Source of the DNA: a virus
Virus record (IMG/VR): IMGVR_UViG_3300029258_003681
DNA: 64,000 nt
Reading direction: 5' to 3' (one strand)
Made by a program: the position numbers and the translations under genes. Below, piece after piece: positions 46,399 through 64,000 of this stretch; position 1 is the stretch's first letter, and each line of letters opens with the position of its first letter. Under the pieces are notes generated by a model. It did no database searches, was not told the origin of the DNA, and saw nothing but the letters and a program-made list of their open reading frames with translations.

Positions 46399-47496
46399 AT
46401 GGATAACGAACTCAAAAGGCTGGCTGATATTGTCGATGGGATCATCTCTCCCGAAGAGCGTGTGGCCATGGGCATTGATCCCGAGGATGATAGCGACTTG
46501 CGTACGCGCGCGAAGCAGTTAGTGGAGGCTGACATTGCTCGGTCCATGACTTTGGAACCGCTGGTCAAGATGGTGAGCAAAAAGACGCTCTATCCTTGGC
46601 AGGGCAAGGAGGCGGACTCGGAGATCGCGTTCAATTTCGAGAGCGTAATGGATGCACAGCAGCTCTATGATTTCGTGGTCAACACGGGATTGCTGGAGCC
46701 TGGCGAGATCAAGCTGAACGTCACTGAGCATCAGACATCCGTCCATTTCATGTCGCATGTCATGGTGACGAAGCCCGAGGTTCTTCAGGCTGCCTTGCTT
46801 GCCTACTACGATTATGTAGAGGATGGGGAGCAAAACGACGAAACGTTCGAGTCGTTGGTACAGGATCTGGACGAGATCCTCACCGAGCGTGTCAAGGTCT
46901 CGGGGGCGCCGAAGGGTAAGAAGGGCAACCCGTTTCACAATAAGGAGACGGGAAAGTTTTCTGGTGGTGAGGCAATCGCATCGGATGACGGGGGCTCTTT
47001 TGCGGTCGGCAAGACGAAGCTCAAGTTTGCGAAATCCAAAAAGTCAAAGGGTGGCGACACGGTGGTCCACTTCGCGTCGACCAAGCACCCTTGTGGGCGT
47101 GCGGCGAGGAAGGAAGGCAAGGATATTCGTTGCTGGGACGGCAAGAAGGGGATGGGCATCCGTCTGGCAAAGGTGATGGGCAAACGGATCAAAGGTGAGG
47201 AGATCACTGACGATGATCTGAGAGGGATGCTGGCGGCCGTGGACTACATCAACGGGATGGCGGCGCTGGTCGAGGAGGAGTTGTTCGAGGCCAGGCTAGA
47301 TATTTCTCCATATGTGAATAATCACGGTGCGAAGCCTCGCGGCAAGGGATCGGCTCTCTGGATGTTCGGGTTTGATGACAAGACTCCGACGAATGATAAG
47401 GTTTTCCAGTTCAATGGCAAGCTGGCTGACGCTAAGAAGGCAGCGCTGAAGGCTGGCAAGTCGGCTGGTGCTCGTGTTGTCTACCTGCTTCCGTGA
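46399..47496 (+). CDS. Multi-domain virion/internal head protein candidate
   Basis: GNPFHNKETGKFSGG motif and C-terminal HGAKPRGKG..W.F domain. Confidence 0.55.
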   Translation: MDNELKRLADIVDGIISPEERVAMGIDPEDDSDLRTRAKQLVEADIARSMTLEPLVKMVSKKTLYPWQGKEADSEIAFNFESVMDAQQLYDFVVNTGLLEPGEIKLNVTEHQTSVHFMSHVMVTKPEVLQAALLAYYDYVEDGEQNDETFESLVQDLDEILTERVKVSGAPKGKKGNPFHNKETGKFSGGEAIASDDGGSFAVGKTKLKFAKSKKSKGGDTVVHFASTKHPCGRAARKEGKDIRCWDGKKGMGIRLAKVMGKRIKGEEITDDDLRGMLAAVDYINGMAALVEEELFEARLDISPYVNNHGAKPRGKGSALWMFGFDDKTPTNDKVFQFNGKLADAKKAALKAGKSAGARVVYLLP

Positions 47497-47514
47497 CGGG
47501 AGTGAAGGAGCAGG

Positions 47515-48063
47515 ATGCCACGGGTTTATTACGATGAGGACGCAACTTACCTGAGATCGCTCGCTGAGGAACGGATCGAGCTGGTCGGACCTCTCTGTGA
47601 ATATTATTCACTGAACCGAGGTGAAAACGTCGATGCTCTGTATGGAGAGCCGACGAATGATCCGCTGTACGGAGGATCCTCTCCTCGTGGGGCGCCATCT
47701 GAATCTGATAAAGCGTGGAACTTTTTCCCTGATATTGATGGCGGGGATGAGCCTGTCTCCTTTCCTTGTGCGATTGAATACCAAGAGTCTGACAATCGTA
47801 CTCCGATGGCGAGGACCGAGGGGTTCGTCTACGAGTATGATGCGATCGTGGAAATTTCTCGTAACCATTGGGAGTGTGCGTGGGAGGATACCGTGATCGA
47901 GGGGAGATTGCCGAAGGAGGGTGATGTGATGTACCTTTTCGGCGAATGGTGGGATGTTGTGAAAGCTGGGAGGGCTGGGTATGTGCTTGACTCTCCTGAG
48001 TATGTTTCATTCAAGCTGGAGCTGCGGAAACGTACGCAGTTCACGCCAGACAGGAAAATCTAA
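47515..48063 (+). CDS. Head-completion/neck protein (T4 gp14-like)
   Basis: EERIELVGPLCEYY...DALYGE...LPKEGDVMY; located after the gp13-like gene. Confidence 0.6.
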   Translation: MPRVYYDEDATYLRSLAEERIELVGPLCEYYSLNRGENVDALYGEPTNDPLYGGSSPRGAPSESDKAWNFFPDIDGGDEPVSFPCAIEYQESDNRTPMARTEGFVYEYDAIVEISRNHWECAWEDTVIEGRLPKEGDVMYLFGEWWDVVKAGRAGYVLDSPEYVSFKLELRKRTQFTPDRKI

Positions 48064-48428
48064 TGTTGGATAAGATGAAAGTTGAGCCAGCGATTCGTAG
48101 CGGTCTTGCTGCGATTTGCGCGTGGTGTGAGCATTATTGGGTGGCGAGTGATCAGATGCCCGAGGATCATTCTGGGTGTGTCAAGCCTCAATGTGGTGGT
48201 CCAGCAAGTCACAGGGCATTTCCTTTGTACAAGGGGCCGTGGCGTCCAAAGGAAAAATTCTGTTTCTTGTGCGGGAAAGGCGCGGATGCGATGGTGGACA
48301 TACAAAATAGTGGGAGCATTGGAGTGTGCGAGGAGCATGTGTCGAAACTGAAGGAGCTTCTAACTGCGGGAAATGGGAAAGTGGTCGTCCGCGAGGAAGT
48401 TGTTCCTGTGTTGGATGGGCGGAATTAG
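48063..48428 (+). CDS. Cys-rich hypothetical protein
   Basis: CAWCEHY, CGGP, CFLCG, VCEEH. Confidence 0.55.
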   Translation: MLDKMKVEPAIRSGLAAICAWCEHYWVASDQMPEDHSGCVKPQCGGPASHRAFPLYKGPWRPKEKFCFLCGKGADAMVDIQNSGSIGVCEEHVSKLKELLTAGNGKVVVREEVVPVLDGRN

Positions 48429-48438
48429 GACGAACTCA

Positions 48439-58933
<10,495 letters not shown>

Positions 58934-58934
58934 T

Positions 58935-59417
58935 ATGGCGAAGTATAAAAAGGGTTGTATTTTTGGAGATTTTGACAGAATTCATGCTGGACACAAGGCA
59001 GCAATGACCACGTTATTAGATCAGTGCAAAACGGTGCTCATAGTACTGACTCGCTCTCCAGAAAAGAAGAGTCCTCCTGGTAAATCCTGGGGTATCAATG
59101 ATGAGTTGAAACGCAAAAATGAGCTGTTGGATTTTGTCGACTCGCTGGGTGCTACGGATAGAGTATCGTATGTAGCATATGAAAATCTTGAGGAGGCTGT
59201 GGCTGATGGGCACAATCTAGAAATTGATGCGATTATCAATCCAGTGAAGGATATTGGTCCATGCTTAGACACGAATTATGCAATAGTTGAGGCCAATTGT
59301 ATAAAGGCAGGTATAAAACCTCCTGCATTGGTCTGGGTGGATACTGTGATGGAACCTGGTGGAGTAAAAACGCTGTCATCATCGAGGCTTCGAAAACGAG
59401 CAAAAGATGAGGTCTAA
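58935..59417 (+). CDS. HxGH nucleotidyltransferase (cytidylyl/adenylyl-transferase family)
   Basis: FGDFDRIHAGH and LSSSRLR motifs. Confidence 0.85.
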   Translation: MAKYKKGCIFGDFDRIHAGHKAAMTTLLDQCKTVLIVLTRSPEKKSPPGKSWGINDELKRKNELLDFVDSLGATDRVSYVAYENLEEAVADGHNLEIDAIINPVKDIGPCLDTNYAIVEANCIKAGIKPPALVWVDTVMEPGGVKTLSSSRLRKRAKDEV

Positions 59418-60818
<1,401 letters not shown>

Positions 60819-60829
60819 AGGAGAATAAA

Positions 60830-62272
60830 ATGGCGGCTACAAAGTACACGTATTCAATTAGTGGTGATTTTCCAAATGAGAAAGTGGATGATGACAAATT
60901 GCAAATCCAGATTGGAGACAGCGCAATTGCGACAGCGATAAGCTACATAATCACGCATGGCGATGACTGCGACATATGGTTTGCGGATGCGCTGTCTAGC
61001 GGCGATGAAACGATTCTTGACGGTCTTGTTGCAGCTCATGATGGTGAGCCAATACCGATGGAGTCAAACGATGTCAAGAATTTCCTTGATTCCAATGCGA
61101 AGGTAACAGATCCTGATACAGATCTTTTTGGTCCGTTCTTAGTCATGCAGGTTTTAACGAATAGAAGAGAGCTATTTAATGATGTAGAAAATCCGATTTA
61201 CGATTCTAGTATCACGCCATTACTAGGTTCTGGGGGTTCGGTAACGAATCTGAACAATATTCATGGAAAGCTTGGTTGGCATAACCAGGAAGTACAGCAA
61301 GCCATGTGGCAAAGGCCGACCGATCTGTTAATTTACTATGGCTATCCAAATAGTTTCAATTCCGCCGTCAATAGTTGGAATAATGAGAAAGTCGCACAGG
61401 ATATGGCCAAGTACGGCATCGTTGTACTTGGTAATGGAGTGGCGAATCCATCGCACCCAGATTACTCCAATACTGAGGTAATTGTCCCAAGGATCAAGGC
61501 ACTGAATCCAGGTTGTAAGATTTTCGGTTATGTGACCGTGAACCAGTCAACTGGTGACTTCGAGGATGAAGTTGATGAATGGGAGGTGCTTGAGGTTGAC
61601 GGCATCTTCATGGACGAGGCTGGGTACGACTATGGTAGTGTGGCTACGAACGGGCGTGTCGCTTTCAATACAAAAGTGGACTACGTTCACGATCAAACTT
61701 ATGCCAAGCTCTGTTTTGTGAATGCTTGGAATATGGATCATATCATCGGGACAGCGAATGATCCAAGTTACCCGAACAGCACGTGGAATTCTGGAGCAGT
61801 GGCGTCTGATTTGACTGCAAATGATTGGTATCTGCTGGAGTCGTATCCAATCAATACGACGGCATACACGGCCAGCACTCCTGATGGGTACGAGCCGAAG
61901 GCAGACTGGGCGTCCCGTGGAGTAAAAGCGCAGGGACATCGAGCGACCTACGGGATCAATCTTGCTGGGAGCGGAATTATAAATAATAGTAATGTTGACG
62001 GACAGGGGCTTTTCGATTTTCTATTTGTGTCTGCTATGATATTTTCGTTGGATGCTGTTGGGTCGAGTGATACTAGCTATGGTGCGTCGAGTGCTGCTGT
62101 AGATTGGTGGACTAGGCCAGACGTGAGCAAGATGGGGCCGTTGTACTCGTTGAATGCATCGGTTCAGGTTGATGTTGGTGATTCTGATGTATATGGGCGT
62201 TACGTGGACTTTGGGCGTTTTGCACTTGATTTTTCTGATAGTGCTCAAGCTGCCGCTGTAACAAAATGGTAG
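60830..62272 (+). CDS. Virion protein with spherulin-4/GH114/GH135-like TIM-barrel domain
   Basis: LLIYYGYP, KIFGYV, VDGIFMDE, NDWYLLES. Confidence 0.6.
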   Translation: MAATKYTYSISGDFPNEKVDDDKLQIQIGDSAIATAISYIITHGDDCDIWFADALSSGDETILDGLVAAHDGEPIPMESNDVKNFLDSNAKVTDPDTDLFGPFLVMQVLTNRRELFNDVENPIYDSSITPLLGSGGSVTNLNNIHGKLGWHNQEVQQAMWQRPTDLLIYYGYPNSFNSAVNSWNNEKVAQDMAKYGIVVLGNGVANPSHPDYSNTEVIVPRIKALNPGCKIFGYVTVNQSTGDFEDEVDEWEVLEVDGIFMDEAGYDYGSVATNGRVAFNTKVDYVHDQTYAKLCFVNAWNMDHIIGTANDPSYPNSTWNSGAVASDLTANDWYLLESYPINTTAYTASTPDGYEPKADWASRGVKAQGHRATYGINLAGSGIINNSNVDGQGLFDFLFVSAMIFSLDAVGSSDTSYGASSAAVDWWTRPDVSKMGPLYSLNASVQVDVGDSDVYGRYVDFGRFALDFSDSAQAAAVTKW

Positions 62273-62288
62273 AGGAAAGGATGTTGAA

Positions 62289-63428
62289 ATGTTGTCACTG
62301 TCGATGGTTGTTAAAAATGAGATACAGACGATCGAGCGCACAATTCAGTCTGTCAACGATTATGTGGATGAGATTGTAGTAGGGCTCGATACTCATTCAA
62401 GTGATGGAACGAGGGAAATTGTAGAGAAGCTTGCTGACAAGGTGATCGATATCCATCTGACTGATGAGCTGGCGAAAAAAGGGTCAATTGACGACGATCC
62501 TGACTGGGGCTTTTCAAAGGCTAGAAACGCTGTCTTCGATGCCTGTGAGCCTGAAAATTGGCGATTGGTGCTGGACGGGCACGAGACGATTTTGAATCCC
62601 AATGCAATGGATCGTGAGATCGAAAAAGCCATCAAGGCGGGATGCGACGGAATAGAAATCTGGATGCATTTTGAGCCTCCTGTCGATGGAGGTATACCAG
62701 TACAAATGTTCGCGACTTCGCGTTTTATGGCACCGTCTGTTAGATATCAGAATGCAATTCATAATGTGCCTTATATAGCGAAAACCCATGTGGCGCATAA
62801 CATACAGGTTGAGCATCGAAAGGCTGACCAGGCGACAAAGGATCGCGTTGAGCGCGATCAGCAGAGATCTGACTCTAATATTAAAGGCTTGCAAGAGCGG
62901 CTCAGGATTAATTCTGGAGAGGCACGAAGTTGGTTCTACCTGGCCACTGCTTATAAAGAGAATGGAAGGTATGAGGAGGCTGTGAAAGCATTTGCTGAGT
63001 GCTTGAAGTTCAGCGTGTGGAATGAGGAGCGTTGGCATTCTCGACATAATAGTGGTGTCTGCTATACTTATCTTGGAGAGAATGAGAAAGCTAGAGAGCA
63101 ATTTACCTTGGCGTTGGAGGAGTTTCCTGTGATGGCCGAGGCATATTATTGTTTGGCCAATCTTGCATACAAGCAGGAGAGATTCAGAGAGGCCGAGGTG
63201 TGGATTGATAAGTGTTTGCAGCTTGAACTTCCACATTGTAAGCTGTTCGTGAATCCTCGCACATACATGGTTGACAGGTATGACTTGGCGTCGATGATTT
63301 ACGACCATATCGGGCAATATGACAAGGCTGTCGAACAGGCTGAGAAGGCTTTGAGTGCAGAGGAAAATGAGCGAATCGCAAAGAATGTTCGCATCTGGAA
63401 GGAGCATCTAAATGGACGGCCCGATTGA
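62289..63428 (+). CDS. Glycosyltransferase family 2 with TPR repeats
   Basis: LSLSMVVKNE...DEIVVGLDTHSSDGTREI...FSKARN...LVLDGHE; TPRs WFYLATAY, AYYCLANL. Confidence 0.9.
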   Translation: MLSLSMVVKNEIQTIERTIQSVNDYVDEIVVGLDTHSSDGTREIVEKLADKVIDIHLTDELAKKGSIDDDPDWGFSKARNAVFDACEPENWRLVLDGHETILNPNAMDREIEKAIKAGCDGIEIWMHFEPPVDGGIPVQMFATSRFMAPSVRYQNAIHNVPYIAKTHVAHNIQVEHRKADQATKDRVERDQQRSDSNIKGLQERLRINSGEARSWFYLATAYKENGRYEEAVKAFAECLKFSVWNEERWHSRHNSGVCYTYLGENEKAREQFTLALEEFPVMAEAYYCLANLAYKQERFREAEVWIDKCLQLELPHCKLFVNPRTYMVDRYDLASMIYDHIGQYDKAVEQAEKALSAEENERIAKNVRIWKEHLNGRPD

Positions 63429-64000
63429 TATTTGTTCGCATAAGAGAAGCGGAACACATCTGTTGGCTGCGTCGATCTGGAAGAACTTTGAGTTGCCAGA
63501 CTTGACTGTCCGCGCAGTTGTGCATTCTGGTAAGAAGTTTGTGATGGGTTCGAAAATGTGGACTACGGGAGATCGTGTGGACATACCGTGGGGAGGGTTG
63601 TGGCGCAGCCATAATTTCTTCAATCCTCCGTGGTTCAAGGATCCGAAAAGAGTTTTATATATCATCAGAAATCCTGTGGATACGCTGGTGTCATTTTGGA
63701 GGTTCTTGGATCCGTTGTGCAAGGACGATCTTGAGGTTCACTTCGGAAAGGGCCGCGTTGCTTTTTGGTTGAAACATGTAAGGGGGTACACGGATAATTG
63801 TCGCTGGGTACGATACGAGGATCTTGTTGGCGATAAGCATGATGAAGTTCTTGATCAAATTGCTGAGTGGTTTGATCTAACTGCGAGGGTGGACACGTAC
63901 CAGAGGGTGGTTGGTCGCGTTGGTTGGTATTCGTCTGAGTCTCCCGTGAAATCGAAGCGTCCCACTAAGACGATCCTCAGAATGATTGAGAAGAATTTCC
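63412..64000 (+). CDS. Sulfotransferase (truncated by window end; not in ORF track)
   Basis: Manual translation MDGPIDICSHKRSGTHLL (5'-PSB loop)...RSH...YIIRNPVDTLVSFW (3'-PB)...VRYEDL; frame open to 64000. Confidence 0.85.
   Translation, partial: MDGPIDICSHKRSGTHLLAASIWKNFELPDLTVRAVVHSGKKFVMGSKMWTTGDRVDIPWGGLWRSHNFFNPPWFKDPKRVLYIIRNPVDTLVSFWRFLDPLCKDDLEVHFGKGRVAFWLKHVRGYTDNCRWVRYEDLVGDKHDEVLDQIAEWFDLTARVDTYQRVVGRVGWYSSESPVKSKRPTKTILRMIEKNF

Noticed and set aside
58935-59417. ATP sulfurylase supplying PAPS to the sulfotransferase
   Set aside because: The protein is too short and lacks the QTRN-P-H..H signature; GDFD-HAGH fits cytidylyl/adenylyl-transferases.

Overview
This 64-kb window is part of a large tailed dsDNA phage genome. 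Essentially all credible genes are on the + strand. I found no rRNA, tRNA, CRISPR array or integrase. About 1-33 kb is a dense accessory/early region of small ORFs. Recognisable products there include DUF5131, a Cas4-like nuclease, a metallophosphoesterase, a RuvC-like resolvase, a ParB-adenine methyltransferase fusion, a KhpA-like KH protein, a TrpF-like protein, an Rnl2 RNA ligase, an SGNH protein, a QueC-like protein, an orphan HicB-like protein, DUF1643 and an SNF2 helicase. About 33-48.4 kb is a T4-like head module: terminase, portal with an HNH intein, core proteins, gp21-like protease, gp23-like capsid, and gp13/gp14-like neck proteins. About 48.5-64 kb holds four Gly-X-Thr collagen-like fibre genes interleaved with a LamG protein, an HxGH nucleotidyltransferase, a glycoside-hydrolase-like protein, a GT2-TPR glycosyltransferase and a sulfotransferase that is missing from the ORF track and cut by the window end. 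The main candidates for new biology are: (1) a phage-encoded glycosylation plus sulfation system for giant collagen fibres; (2) a -1 frameshift in a prohead core gene; (3) a 16-bp palindrome present 10 times, mostly just 5' of ribosome-binding sites; (4) a 17-bp junction repeat that punctuates an array of small ORFs; (5) a stand-alone copy of the capsid Gol-region peptide in an early gene. All family assignments come from motif recognition by eye; no database search was run.
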